This document shows, one piece after another, positions 12,871 to 26,289 of a stretch of DNA of 64,000 bases. Positions within the stretch are counted from its first letter, which is position 1; the number at the start of each line of letters is the position of its first letter. The notes under the pieces were generated by a model. It was not told the DNA's origin and made no database searches. It saw only the letters and a list, made by a program, of their open reading frames with translations. The position numbers and the translations under genes were made by a program. Where the stretch lies: NCBI GenBank assembly GCA_030770535.1, contig JASVEC010000016.1, positions 744,001 to 808,000 of the forward strand, in the 5' to 3' direction. The DNA is from Batkoa obscura. Lineage: Eukaryota.

Positions 12871-13506
12871 TTACTCATCATCCTCATCTTCTTCTTCATC
12901 TTTTTTTTCTTTTTTGTCTTTGCCTTTATCTTTATCCTCATGTTCTTTGTCTTTTTTATTCTTGCTCTCTTTTTTCTCTTTCTTTTTCTTGCTTCTATCT
13001 TTTTTAGACTCTTTCTTTTCCGAAGATTCTTCTTCTTCTTCTTCAACTTCTCTACTTTTGCCTTTACCTTTGCCTTTGCCTTTGCTTTTACCACCAGTAC
13101 CTGAACCACGGAGACCAGGAAGGTTATAATCACCTTTAATTATACCAGAGCAATTACCAGCATCAGCTTGTTCCCAAGAAGCTGCATAAAGGCCAGTAAC
13201 ATCATCGAATAGTTTTTCAAATGATTTGACATTGACATCCAAACCATGACCACCTTTATCAACGGCCATAACATAAGCTACTCTACCAGATTCAGAGGTG
13301 ATTTTTATACAGGCTCCACATTCACTTCGTTCAAGGTCTTCAACAGCTGTGACACGTGATAAGTCCATATCATCGTTGCTAATTTCACAGAAAACTTCAG
13401 GGTCCTCAAACTCATGCATAGAGATTTTAGTTGATCCGGAAAGGGAAGCTAACGTGCTTCCAGCTAAAAGAGATAATAAAGTAACAATTGGGATAAAGGA
13501 TTTCAT
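12871..13506 (-). CDS. Secreted DPBB/expansin-like protein, short form lacking the Cys-rich tail
   Basis: Nucleotide-identical to the 7630-8502 copy except a 9-nt linker deletion. Stops with TAA after EDDE. Confidence 0.78.
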   Translation of the reverse strand: MKSFIPIVTLLSLLAGSTLASLSGSTKISMHEFEDPEVFCEISNDDMDLSRVTAVEDLERSECGACIKITSESGRVAYVMAVDKGGHGLDVNVKSFEKLFDDVTGLYAASWEQADAGNCSGIIKGDYNLPGLRGSGTGGKSKGKGKGKGKSREVEEEEEESSEKKESKKDRSKKKKEKKESKNKKDKEHEDKDKGKDKKEKKDEEEDEDDE

Positions 13507-14186
13507 TTCAAGCACAGCGAGAAAGTATTTTACACAGTAAAATTAATTAATGAAAGGATTAAGTTTTTTAAATAATACAGTCAGATAATTGAAACTATTT
13601 ATACCTTTCACAATTGATTTATATTGGTTCAACTTCATATAAAAAAATGTATAATTTTTAGTCATATATTTTAATTAATTGTTGACATTTCCTTTTCTTT
13701 ATTTCTTAGTTTTTTTTATACATGTTCTTATTGTAAAACTGTTTCTTTATATTATAAAAAATTAACAATTACCTTTTACAGCTAAGAATTTCCCTTTTAA
13801 ACTAAGTAAGCATTTTGTAATATATTAAGATTGATTTGCAGTTTTTCGAATATTCTTAAAAGCTTTATTGTTATAGTGTAGCTAATAACTTTTTATATTA
13901 CAAGTATTCATTGCTATTTGATATTTTATTATTAACAAGTGAATGGTTTTTAATTATATCTAATTAAAAAATTCCTTGATTTTATGTTAGTAGAAATGGG
14001 CAAAATAGCAGAATGAATAATGGCATTTCTATTTATTTTTAACTTAAATTAAACTTTATATTCAATTTTAGTTTATTTTAGGTTTTTAAGCTTAAGATTG
14101 TAGAAAAATTTAATACTCTACTATATTTATTAAATGTCATATAAAGTGAATAGATTAATTTATGACAAAAATGCTACTTTTATATA

Positions 14187-14285
14187 TGGGAGTGTTCTTT
14201 GACTTCATTACTTTTTCCATTTTTTAAGCACTATTTAAGTGGAAAATCTGTTAGTAAAATTCTTAAACACAAAAATACATCCCCA
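14187..14285 (-). mobile_element. MITE-like family A copy
   Basis: Full reverse-complement match with tatata/tac flanks. Confidence 0.8.
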
Positions 14286-15114
14286 TACAGTTAAAAAGTA
14301 AAAAATTATTGAAGCAGTTTAATAAGATACAATCCTTACTAAATGAGCTATTTAATTCGAATGAAAGAAAGCAAGTTTATTTTTTGATTTCCTAATCGTC
14401 AGAAGTATAGATAATAATAGTCAAACAGTAACTTAGCTTGTAGAGATATTATATTAACTATTTTAATAGTTCAAATTTAATCCAATGGTTTTTATATATA
14501 CGAAAATAAGATAATTTTCTTATCACTTGATATATAAATGATCAAGTATTTTGTATTGTCAACTACTTTTATATTAATTATCATATAATAATAGTCTTTT
14601 ATATTTAAATCTTCATAAACTTCTATAAATTGTGTACATTAAAATCATCTGATTGCCTGATATCAAAGATATAGAGCTAGTTGTTTTTAGATGCATTCGT
14701 TTTTGAATTTCATGTCAATTTTTTATAATGGATTTGTGAATAAAGAAATTGTATATTATTCAAAATTCATTATAGAAGAAATTGATACCAAATTAAGAAA
14801 AAAATAATATATGAATGCAATCAATTTTAAGCAGCTTAAAGATATGAGGCTTTTTTGTTTCATTATTTATCAACTTTTTGAGCACTATTGAATGAAAAAT
14901 CTTAAATAATTAAAGGCATGGCTGTATGCATTCATTTTAATATCTATTTTATAGTACAGACTACTATATTAATAGTACTTGGTATTTAAAAGTATAAATC
15001 ATAGAGATGAGGGACTAGTTACATTAGTGAATATTTAAATCTAAAAGAAGCCTAATAGATATCCTGTTAATTGTAACACAAAACATATTAATAGTATTTA
15101 TGGGAATTAATAAA

Positions 15115-15213
15115 TGGGGATGTATTTTTTCGTTTAAGAATTTTGCTAATAATCTTTCCACTTAAACAGTGCTTAAAAATGGAAAAAGTAATGAAGACAA
15201 AAAAACATCACCA
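15115..15213 (+). mobile_element. MITE-like family A copy
   Basis: Match to consensus. Confidence 0.75.
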
Positions 15214-15343
15214 AATGTTTAAAATTTATTCCTATTTTTATAAAGAAAGAGTCTTTAAATTAATAAGTCAAAAGTAATCTAGATTTGAAACTTTATATCA
15301 ATAAAAATATATTAATAAGACATAAGTGGAATGTGAGATAGTC

Positions 15344-17644
15344 TCATTTTGGTGATAATTTCTCATTAATTTCGAGTATCTCAATCAACCATGACGCTAT
15401 ATATTTTGTCGAACTCATAGCTTCAGGCAAGAATGGTATCATGTTTAAAAAGGCATGTGACATCCCTTCTAATAGTTTTACTTCAACCCCAAATTGCTCA
15501 TCATTAATTGCTGTACATGTATTTGCATCCATATCTTCCTTTTTACTTGATTGAGGTGTACCAGGGTATAGTCTAGCATAAGACCTCACAGAACCTAACA
15601 ATGACTCTTCAACATTATGCAGGTCCGTAGTTTTCAATGACTCAGGGTTGTTGTTATTCATTGACTTCGCATTGGTAAGATCTAAAGGTTCTTCGTCAGA
15701 GCTAGTGGTTGATTCATAATCGTCATCGTCATCGTCACCACTTCCTATCACAAAACTACCAGCTCTTAGATGGTTTGAAGATTTAGTAGCTTTACTACTT
15801 TCTTGAGTTGGGGTCAAAGGAGTCATCGAAAGCTGAGGCATCTGCCCATTAAATTTGTTACCATTTGTAAAAACTTGATTTGCGCTATTATTACGCCTTT
15901 GAGCCCTCATTTTGGCTTGGCGGATTCTTCCAGCAAAAAGAATAGTATCATCAACCATTGGATCTTTTTCACCACATATCAAATATGTTTTAGGAAATTG
16001 AGCCAAAAGATGCTCGGGTCCAACCAATGGTGAGAGATAATAATCTCTTGTGAAATCTGGGCGGTTATGTGGTCCAATATAGAGAATTGCCATAGAACGC
16101 ATTAAATCTGGGGTAAGAACACGATCATTAAAAAACGTCATTCTACTAGTCATTGTTAATGGATAATGTTTGCTACGTGCTGTGATGCTACCACGATTTT
16201 GATCAAACTTGACAGTTTGGGCTTTATTTAACCCTGAGGTTTCTACTTGTGGGGCTTGGATATTTTCCTTTTTTAAGAGCTCATTTAACTTTGAAGCATA
16301 TGATTGGCGGCGGATTTGCTCCTCAATACTAGGGTAATGCTTATTCCTCCAACTACTCTCTGTATCACGTATGGTTGAAAGTGGGCTTTTATGCTTATAA
16401 TGGTTTTTGGCCTCCAAAAGAGATGTTAACGATTTGACTGATTGTGATCTAAAGATATTGACTTGAGCAGAGTTCATCCAACAGCTTATATTAAAATCTA
16501 AGCAAGGGTAAATTAAAACTAATCCTTGAGGGCGGGCTAAAGGCTTTTCCCATTCCAATATTTTATACATTAAAGCAGTTGCAATACTCCCACCTGCAGA
16601 GTCACCTACAATGGCTACTGGTATTTCAGTATGATGCTTTTCATTGTTACTGTTAATTGTTGATTCTTTGAGTCCTTTTAATCCTAAGCATTCGCCTTTA
16701 GACTCTACAATAGTTCTGTATGCATCAAAACATTCTTCAATTGCATAAGGGTAAGGAAATTCTGGGGCTTTCTTATAATCGATTGATATAATTGGGACTT
16801 TAGTTTCTTTACACCAATATGCCAAATAACTTTCATGACATTCAGGGGGCATAGTTACAAAGCCTCCCCCAGGAATATCTAAAATTATTGATTTACTATT
16901 ATAAAGCTCCTTCTCGTTACCTGAGAAATAGATATAAGCTGTGATTGGTTCATCATCAAAAGCATCCTTCCTTGGGCGTGGAATTAATATCTTCTTTTTG
17001 ACGCCAAACCATGGGCGCAATAAAGAACTAAGATAATATAAAAAGGGGTTTAATTGTTTTTGCCAGGAGACTCTCATAGCTTCAACGGTAATCATTGAAC
17101 GAAAATTACGTACTTTAATATCGGCTTCACGTGGAAAAAATAAATAAAAAAATGTAAAAACTAGTGATAAAAAGTCTCTTAAAATTTTAGGGCGTATTGG
17201 CATTGCAGTCCAAAATCCTGCGTCTAAAGCTGTCAATATCCAAGATGCGCGATAAAAATTTTTATTATACTAAATGTTAATTTAATAAATTATATACATA
17301 TATATATTACCAGTTGATTTAAAGGCTCTGGCCCTTCTAATCCAAACAAAAGAAACGTGTTTTTAAAAGAATAAACAAACATTAAAGTCATTATTATAAT
17401 CTGCAATGGTGAGTATTTCCCTAATTTCTTGTTCCATTTAACTATGAATGGGTTTATAAAATTGTATCGGTGCGATATTTTGCATAAATGGTATCTAAGT
17501 TTAATGGGTATAAGAATGTATTTTTTAAACTCATGGTGAAGTTGCTTTTTATACTAAAAATGAAACTTACCCTCCTACTAATAACAAAAGGGCTTGTAGT
17601 CTTCGCCAATTAGCCGAAGGCTTCCCAATAAGGTGATCAAGCAT
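15344..17644 (-). CDS. Hormone-sensitive lipase-like alpha/beta hydrolase (multi-exon)
   Basis: First exon MLDHLIGKPSANWRRLQ; PGGGFV oxyanion motif, DYKKAPEFPYP, GDSAGG nucleophile elbow, DPMVDD, HAFL. Confidence 0.88.
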
Positions 17645-18319
17645 CTTGTAATAATTTAGTTATTAAATAAAAAATTGGAAAGTTTTGTCAAATATAAAAG
17701 CTATTGATTTTAAGTCTAAGGAAATATAAAAAAATAAAAAATTCAAATTTATAACGCTCATGTTTTCTTTTGAAAATATAACAAATCTTTAATTATAGAT
17801 TTTCATGTGAAGTTTTGTCACTTATTCATAATTTGTGACTGAAATTTTGCATTAATTTTCCTAAATTTAGCCACTTTAAAAACTCAGATTTCTTAATTTA
17901 TGTCAGTATAAAATGTTTGTAAAAAATAAAATCAGAGTACACTCAGCTTATACAACTAGCTGATAAAAGATTACTAAATGTTGCTGAAAAACATATTATT
18001 GAAATAGTAGGCTTTAAAGTGAAGACTTATACATACAATTATTTTTTTCAAGAAGCCGCTTTGGAATGTTTTATTTATAGTATATAAAAGCGTTTAACTA
18101 TAATATCATAGCTCCATAAATTTTATTTAACACGTAAAAATAGTAGGGAATATTTGACAAGTTCAATTTTTAGTTTAAAATAGTTATTTGATTTTTATAC
18201 TATTGATGATTTGATATTCTTGTTTGAGACTCCTGCTTTCAACAATATAAAAATATGAGATTTATGTCATATATATATTTTTGAAAAGCTTATAATCAAA
18301 AATTAAATAAATAGTACAT

Positions 18320-18540
18320 AAAGGTGTTCTTTTTGGTTTCATCACTTTCCCCATTCCTTAAGCACTATTTGAGCCGAAAGTCTGTTAGTAAAATTCTTAA
18401 AGCAAAAATATATCCCTATGCAATTCTGTTATTAATGAGTATATGGGGATGTATTTTGTGTTTAAGAATGACTAACAGTTTTTCCACTGAAATGGCGCTT
18501 AAAAAATAGAAAAAGTAGTGAAATCAAAAAAACATCCTTA
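18320..18540. mobile_element. Two MITE-like family A copies in inverted arrangement (~18320-18419 minus; ~18444-18540 plus)
   Basis: Both match consensus, ~25 bp apart, immediately upstream of the tRNA. Confidence 0.72.
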
Positions 18541-18596
18541 TGTATAAATTTTTTTAAATTTATAAAATATATTTTGTGTTAATTATACTAACAAAA

Positions 18597-18668
18597 AGCA
18601 TCTTGGCGCAGAGGAAGCGCGCGGGGCTCATAACCCCGAGGTCGAAGGATCGAAACCTTCAGATGCTA
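18597..18668 (+). tRNA. tRNA-iMet: Initiator tRNA-Met (CAT)
   Basis: Cloverleaf AGCATCT/AGATGCT, GCGC/GCGC, CGGGG-CTCATAA-CCCCG, GAAGG-ATCGAAA-CCTTC. A1:U72, A54/A60 and the G-C run in the anticodon stem are eukaryotic initiator hallmarks. Oligo-T downstream. Confidence 0.97.
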
Positions 18669-18990
18669 TATCGAAATATTTTATATGGTTAATTTTTTTC
18701 CTAATCGTTTCTTGCCTTTGTTGAGAGGGTTAGAGTTCGATTCTTAAGTAGATTTGTAAATACGCCTCCAAATCCTAACCATCAGCCAGTATTTTGTAGA
18801 GTTGTATAACTGTTTTCTATTAATAGATGACTATAGTCGTTATCTCGTAATTCAATTAAGATGTTGTACATTACTAGTTAAAAAGCTTCTACTAATTCTA
18901 GTCTAGACTATTAAAATAAATGAATGTTGCCTTAGGTACATAACTCCAAAAATAATAAAATTACCACCATCAAAATACTAAAAAAACAAA

Positions 18991-19087
18991 CGGTGATGTA
19001 TTTTTTGTTTAAGAATTCTACTAACAATTTTTCTGCTCAAATAGTGCTTAAAAACGGAAAAAGTAATGAAACCAAAAAATATCTCCA
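18991..19087 (+). mobile_element. MITE-like family A copy
   Basis: Match to consensus. Confidence 0.7.
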
Positions 19088-19326
19088 AATAGTAAATAAT
19101 AAACAGACAAAAGATACTATATTATAATGTATTTTTATTATACTATAATTGAACTAATATGTAGATTTAGGATTTATTTTAGTAAAAACATACCTGTCTA
19201 CCTTCTAACTAATAGCCACATAAATTGGCCTCCTGAAAATATCAGGGTATTTTTAAAAGACTGTTTATACTTTTATGAATTTAGTACGCATAACAAGGCA
19301 TATTAAACCAAGATAAAAGCACGATT

Positions 19327-19686
19327 TTAATCATTAATTTCATAGTATCGCTCTACTTTTGTAATACGTACTTTATAAGAAGTATACCATTGTTTTTTAC
19401 CCAACTTCTGTGCCACTGAATGAGCCGCATTTTCTTTCCATTTCTTTATACAATCAAGGTTCTCCCAGTAGGATATTGTAATGCCAAAACCAGATTCATC
19501 TCTTGCACTTTCAACACCTAAATATCCATCTTGTTTTTCTGCCAGTTCACCCATCTTTGCACTCATAGCATCATAACCGTTATCACCCTCGGTACGCTTT
19601 GACGAAAATACAACAGCATAATAAGGTGGAGTTAAAAGGAGCTTTTCTCTATCAGCGTCTGTTTTAGTTACCATCTCTTTTTTCAT
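19327..19686 (-). CDS. Antibiotic biosynthesis monooxygenase (ABM) family protein, YqjZ-like, intronless
   Basis: PPYYAVVFSS..GY..M.ELAEKQDGYLGVESARD..GFGITISYW..IKKWK...H..AQ..GK..WY..YKVRITKVER. TATA-like TATAAATA ~30 bp upstream. Confidence 0.88.
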   Translation of the reverse strand: MKKEMVTKTDADREKLLLTPPYYAVVFSSKRTEGDNGYDAMSAKMGELAEKQDGYLGVESARDESGFGITISYWENLDCIKKWKENAAHSVAQKLGKKQWYTSYKVRITKVERYYEIND

Positions 19687-20517
19687 TTGTTATGTTGAAG
19701 CTAAGCTTCTTATATTTATAGTACAAACCTTCAATAAACAAGTGATAAAAGATAATTGGAGAAACTGATCTATTATACTAAGAAAATAGCGCAGCATCTC
19801 ACCAATCATTCATCTAATCTTTAAATCAATCATACATAAAGGTTTTATGTAGCTTTCACCATAAAAGCAGTATATCACACCAACTATACAATGGTTCAAT
19901 TGTTTTATGTTTATTTTATACCTATAATAGTAACCAACTCAATTTTAGTCACCTTTTTAAATAACAAACTACCTGATTGATTAAAATATAATAGCTTATT
20001 AACGCGGTTATTTTTGATTAGTAATACATTTTTATATTGATCTGGTTTAATAAGTGTTTACATATAAAATAGTAAACTTAAAAACAGAAGCGGTTTTAAG
20101 TAAATGAAAAGACTAGGGTGTTGAGCGTTGGTCTATGTTTAGTCAAATAACCTTATTCTTTATAGCTTAATAGTGACGTGGATATATTTGGTATCAAACA
20201 ATTATTGAACGAAATCAAAACATTTAGCGAATAGTTTATATCGATAGTTACAAAAATCAGATTATCATTATAAACACTTTTTAAAGTTTTTGATATTGTA
20301 TTCATAAAAGCTCAAAATTAAAACCAGAATAAGCTATGCTTTTGTTTTTAGCATAGTTTACACTTGCAGCTCTCGCAAGATATTTATTATGAAAATAAAG
20401 CAATATACGATTTGTTAACTGTCAAGATACATATGGTCATATGATTACTAAGGTAGCGGCTATATATTCAGCAATGTCATTAGCGTTTGTTTATTGCTTT
20501 TGGGAACAAAATGCACA

Positions 20518-21294
20518 TCATCCAAAGATACAACTTAATGTTAGTTGTATGATGAAATTAAATAGGGGTATAATCAAAAAAGACCAAATGTTGGAAAACA
20601 GTAGATTGATAGTGGGATAAAGCAGATTATTCAGAGACCTTTTGACTAACCAGCTAATTATATTGTTGTTTGAAACATACAGTGAGGGAGTAGAATACAT
20701 GAAATCAAAACTATTTAATCTAACATCATGGTGTTGGTTTCGAAATAAAACATTTTTGATATTAATGTAAAAATATAAAAATATAACGAAATTAAAAAAA
20801 TATATGTATTTCAGCTTAATTTTCAATTTTATCTTATTTCCTGATAGATTCTGTTTAAGTGAAAGTTCTATTCTATCAGTGTTTTCATCTTTATCTTTCC
20901 GTTTAAACACTCCCTTAACTTTACTTCTCATTTGATCCAAAATGTAAATCAACTTTTCTTTTTTTGTCCTATTTACTTTGTTTTTTATCTCCAAGATAAA
21001 ATATTGAGCTTTTTTACGATCTTTATCATTTTGTTTCTGTTTGTCTTTATAATTATATATCCTCTTCCTTAAAAATTGATTGAAGGTTAAATCAATTATT
21101 AATAAACCAACTGTTGATAATAGTAAATTGTAAAAGATATCAAAATAAAATAAAATAGGGAAAAAAGTAATAATTACAAAGATAACACCACTGTAAATCA
21201 GTTTGCTTTCTTTGTTGATAATCCAATAAATAAATCTCAGATATATATTAAAGAAAAATAGCCCTCTATCAATAATCGAGTTATAGCCTAGCAT
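20518..21294 (-). CDS. Hypothetical membrane protein, intronless
   Basis: ~258-codon ORF in AT-rich DNA with several hydrophobic segments and a basic loop. No recognisable family. Confidence 0.45.
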   Translation of the reverse strand: MLGYNSIIDRGLFFFNIYLRFIYWIINKESKLIYSGVIFVIITFFPILFYFDIFYNLLLSTVGLLIIDLTFNQFLRKRIYNYKDKQKQNDKDRKKAQYFILEIKNKVNRTKKEKLIYILDQMRSKVKGVFKRKDKDENTDRIELSLKQNLSGNKIKLKIKLKYIYFFNFVIFLYFYINIKNVLFRNQHHDVRLNSFDFMYSTPSLYVSNNNIISWLVKRSLNNLLYPTINLLFSNIWSFLIIPLFNFIIQLTLSCIFG

Positions 21295-21529
21295 GTTAAA
21301 AATCAATAGTATTTTTCAAATTAAGTTTTTTCTAGTTAGTTTATATTTGACCGTTATTTTTCATTTTTATTCCTTTTCAAGAATAAATTAATTGGAATAG
21401 TTGATTTCCGTTTTCAAAGATAAAGGTTAATAAATAAAAACATTTATCATTTTGTGTCACTATTTTACAATATCAAGTATCAAATAAATTTAAAATAAGA
21501 TTAAGTCTTTAAAATAGTCTATTAAAGCA

Positions 21530-24500
21530 TTATAATATTTCTAACTTCCACTTTCCGTTGAGAACGAGGGTAGGTTTGGGTACAATTTGAATTGGATTTC
21601 CATCTTCACCTTTAGATCTCTATACAAAATTAATATACTTTTAACATACAACTACTAAAAATTACCGCTATTAACAATTCTAAATTGCTGGATGGTTCTG
21701 CAGGCTTATAAATCCAATCTAAATCATTATTCAAGTCATTTAATACTTCTTCAAATAACTCTTGTAATTTTCTAGCTTCATCAAATAATGATAAAGTAGT
21801 TAATCCAATTAAGATTAACTTTATGTCAGCTACAAAAATAAATACCTAATATTTATAACTATTATATATTTTACCTTGCATATTATTGGCTCTTTCTACT
21901 AATCGACTTATGGATGCTAGCAAATACTCATACTCAAATACACTACCTTTCTTTCCGCGATTCTTTTTTCTTTCCAATTTTCTTCTACTTTTACCTGTCT
22001 TACTATTATATACAATTAATAAGCATTAAGAATAATAATAGATATATCATAATCTTACGTGCTACCCATAGATTGATTGGTAATATTGGTTGAAGCGTGT
22101 GTATAGACTGTGTAATTGAAAGCTGAAGTAGCATCTGATTGAATTTCTACATTTTCTAACCCAGGGGCATCAAAATCTAATGTATTATTTATTGGATTAA
22201 GTTAATAAGTTAATCATGTAATTTACCTGGAATAGTTGGAGGAGGTAGGTTTTGAAGTTCGTGAACACGTGTTCTCTGTTTACTGAATTGGTCAGACATG
22301 TCATTCAAATCTTCAGTTATTTGTTCAAGGTCTTGATAATAATTAAAAAAGCTTAAGCATTAACTAAATATAACTTACTTGTAATAATTGCTGGTTTGAT
22401 ATCAGTTTCAACGAGATCCTTACGATTAGAAGTCTCAGACTAAAATCGTTAGTAAGTCACAATAATAAATCATAATAAATAAGAATTACATTGATAATTG
22501 CATTAGTCCAAAGATGCCCTTCTAATAAGCAGGCAGTTGCTTCTTCGGGATCCTAACAAGGTTCAGGAAATAAAATAATACTAAAATTTATTACCTTTTT
22601 ATATTTTTCAATAATACTGAATGCTTCAAGGTGTCGATTGTGATGTTTGAGGTAGCCTAAATTAAACAGATAATTAAAAAATTAAAGCATGAAAAAAAGC
22701 ACGTACTGATTAAGTCATCAACCACTTCTAAGACTTGCTCATCGGAATAATTTAGTGCTTTAGTACAAATAAGGGCTTGTTGCCAGTTACCAACTTTCAA
22801 TAAAGATGGTAAAGCATTTTGGTAATCCATAATGGCCAAATAAGCTAACAAAGTAAATAAAGTAGATCTAGTTAAATATTAAATAAAATTTTACCTGTTC
22901 CAGCATCTTGATATTTCTTTGAGCTATGGAGATAGGCAGCAAAAGAAGACATGATAATCTAAATTTTTATTAATTTGGATTTTTACTTAAAGTTAGCATT
23001 ACCTTGTATTGTTCGCTATTTCGTTCATATAATTTCAATGCTTGTTGATATAATGAATGCTCCTTAATAAAACTAAGACATTCTTCAAAATTATCATCTT
23101 TATAAAGGTTAAAACAAAGTATAAAGAAAACACAGTAATAGTTACCTGCTCTTGAAATATTTTGCAATGCTTTATCAAATCTTTTGAGATGTTGATCTAT
23201 CTTGAATTTTTGGTAATTGGGTTCAAGTTTTTTAAGCTCATCTAAGAATGGAAGATATTCTTTAGGATCCTAAAACAATTTAGTATATGAGTGAATTTTA
23301 TGTGGGTTAATTACTTTTTGAGAATGTTTGGCCACCATAATAACCAGACTAAAATCGTACATCCCTAAAGCGACATCATAAAGCTGATCAACATTAGCCA
23401 AAAATATCGCATATTTGAGTGTCTTTTCAGCAAAAGTGGGGTCTTTATCTAGTAATTTATTAGTTCTATTACCATTGCCTATAGCTATAATACCTTTCAA
23501 GTCTTTTAATAGTGAAAGTATAGATTCTAAATCAGCAGGAAGTTGACGTGCATAAGTTGTAATAATGGTTTGTACATATTGTTTTATATCCTTATCTTTC
23601 AAGGCATCACGGACTGCTGCACATATTAAATTAACTTTATTTGGATAAGCAGTTAAATCCTTTAAGTCGCTATTGCCTGAATACTTATACCTTGGGTATT
23701 TTGTATTGATAACATTATCATCTCTTAACGTTGAAACAAATAAATTGAGGTAATCTGGATCATTAACTTGATCAACAAACATTTGCATATCTTGTAAAAG
23801 CGACGTAGGATTTTCATCAAATAATACATTTAAGTCGATTCTATGCTTACGACATTGTATAAAAGCATTGGAATATGATTTGCTGATTGAAATCAGTAAA
23901 GGAAACTAGTGACAAAAAATAAAGTACCTTTGAAGTGATTCTCTAACAGAAGCTAAAACTAAAGCGCGAGGGTTGATAGTTTCTAAATTACCCCTGGGCA
24001 TCTTTGATACAAGTTAAGTTAAGCTTAAGTAAAAAAGATAAAAATTACTTGTAAAATCAAAGAAACATCATGTGGTGCAACTGAAATGATTTTGCTTCCT
24101 CTTTCTAAATTTCTAGAATATGGCTCCAATTCTTTACTCAATTCAGAAGGAGGATTTTCTAAAATTTATTAATAAAAAAAACTTAAAAATGAATAATCTA
24201 TACCATATAAATTAGCATTAATAGGTAAAAATCTTGCTACATGATCACTAGTGGTATATACTAAAAACTCATTATGAATAGCAAAAGAAGTACAATTTGA
24301 ATCAATCAAAATTTGATTTATGTATAATCTATTGCTTGAGCTTAGAGCAGCAACTTTTAACTACCAAAAAGATTAAAAAATAATTCAAGGAACAAAAACT
24401 TATTTACATCGCTATATTCATCGTATTTTACAGCTTGGAACAAAGTACATTTTTCACTTAATCCCAATTCAAATTCTAACTCATTATCCTTTCCTTTAAC

Positions 24501-26289
24501 TTAAAAGTGGCATAAATATAGATTATTAAAAAATATTATTATTAATTACTTCGATAAATTTTTCCATCGTTAAACTGAATTATTGGCTCATTTGAACCTT
24601 CTTGGTGGATTATTTTGATAACCGGTGATGAGCATTCTATTTTATCTACCAATTCAAAATTCTTACTATTTTCACTTATCGAAAATTTAGCAACATAATC
24701 CTTTAAATTCAAAGTGCAGTAACCAAGGGCATATATTTCGTTTTCAGAACTATAACATAATTGTCTATATTTTATGCTATCACTTAAATCTACTTCAGAT
24801 AAGTTACCAACTTTTTTAATTTCAGGTGGGGTAATTTTCTTCTTGCTAATCTCTTCAAATTTAACAACATAAAGATTCTGGTCAAAGTCTAAAACAGCAA
24901 TTCTGTTTCCATGGTCAAAGTTAGAAAATGAAATGTGTTGTATTGAAACTGGAAATTTGGGTTGGAAAGCACTCATTGGCGGAGGTACATTTCTATATCT
25001 GAAAGGAGTTAAGTATAAATCCTTTCCATTAATCACTGCAGTAGTTAATGAATTCTCAATTGACAAATTGTTACTATTTAATACTTCCCAGTCAAAATCA
25101 AGATTTAAAAATTCACTTCCAGCAAAATTGATTGCTATATTTAAAGGAATTTCTGGATGAAATATAAAATGAATATTATTATTATACTCTGGTAAAGGCA
25201 AATCATATTTCAAGTACCAAAAATAATTGTTAACATACCAGAACTGTAAATAAAATTCTGCTGATGCGCCTTCATTTTTTTGTACTAATAGTGCCAAGAT
25301 TGTCGAATCACAATTCCATTTAAGTTCTAATACTCTTTTTACATCAGTAGGAAGTGTGAATTCACCATGTCTTAAGCCATTCTTTTCAAAGAAAACTACT
25401 TGGTATCTATGAGGAAGTCTTTGAGTAGAAGCTATAAGACTGCCTGAAGGCTTCCAAAAGACGTTATGCTCCAATTTGTCAATCAATTCTGTTGAGTTTT
25501 GAAGCATTCCTTCACGATCATATACCTTCATTATTCGAATATTTTTTACATTATCAATCAAAGAACAAACTAAGAAATTCCCATCCCCTCTCCAAGATAA
25601 TCTTGGTTTTAAATCATCATCTTGGGATAAAGTAAAAGTAGAATGATCAACTGTTTCTTTTGCTGCTTGTTTACCAACTGAACCGTGAAATTGGGTTTCC
25701 TTTTTCCCCCATCCTACATTTACATATTCTTCCTGTAGTTCTTCATCCTCATGGATTTGTTTTTCAGATATAACTTCGAAATCTTTAGTCATAATTATTA
25801 GCTTATTTTCGGAAGTATAAGTAGCAAATAACTCCTCATCAGGACTCCATGAAACTACCAATATACCGGGTTCAATTGAGCCTATATTATCAACCTTGAA
25901 ACTTAATAAATATTCAAAAAAATGATTAAATTCTTACATTATCTGGTTCATCTAATTTAATGCTATATATTTCTCCATTGGAAAGAAATAAGCAAATATT
26001 TTCGGTATCAAGTAGAAAATTTAAGCAAATAATTTCAATTTCATCATCGCTTATTACTGGAAAACTAGTGATTTCTTTTACTTCTTCATTTTTCTAATAT
26101 CGTTATTATTTATATTTCTCGACTTATAATAATGTTTACCAAAATAGAATTTATAACACAGGTGTCTTCGTTCACTATACTTGCAACAAAAGTTATTTTG
26201 TTTATTGGATCATAGCATATTTTACTACTCTTTGAACTACTGGTTGATACATGAGCTCTATTTTCGTTTAATAATACTAAACTTTTCAT
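21530..26289 (-). CDS. ELP1: Elongator complex protein 1 (IKI3/ELP1), many exons
   Basis: SWSPDEE, VNVGWGKKETQFHGSVGK, SWRGDG, FEKNGLRHGEF, NVPPPM, MPRGNLETINPRALVL, ALGMYDFSLV..SQKDPKEYLPFL, RGKKGSVFEYEYL. Confidence 0.96.

Noticed and set aside
18720..18760. GTTCGATTC B-box-like motif (also GTTCGAATC at ~54997)
   Set aside because: No cloverleaf or A-box spacing found.
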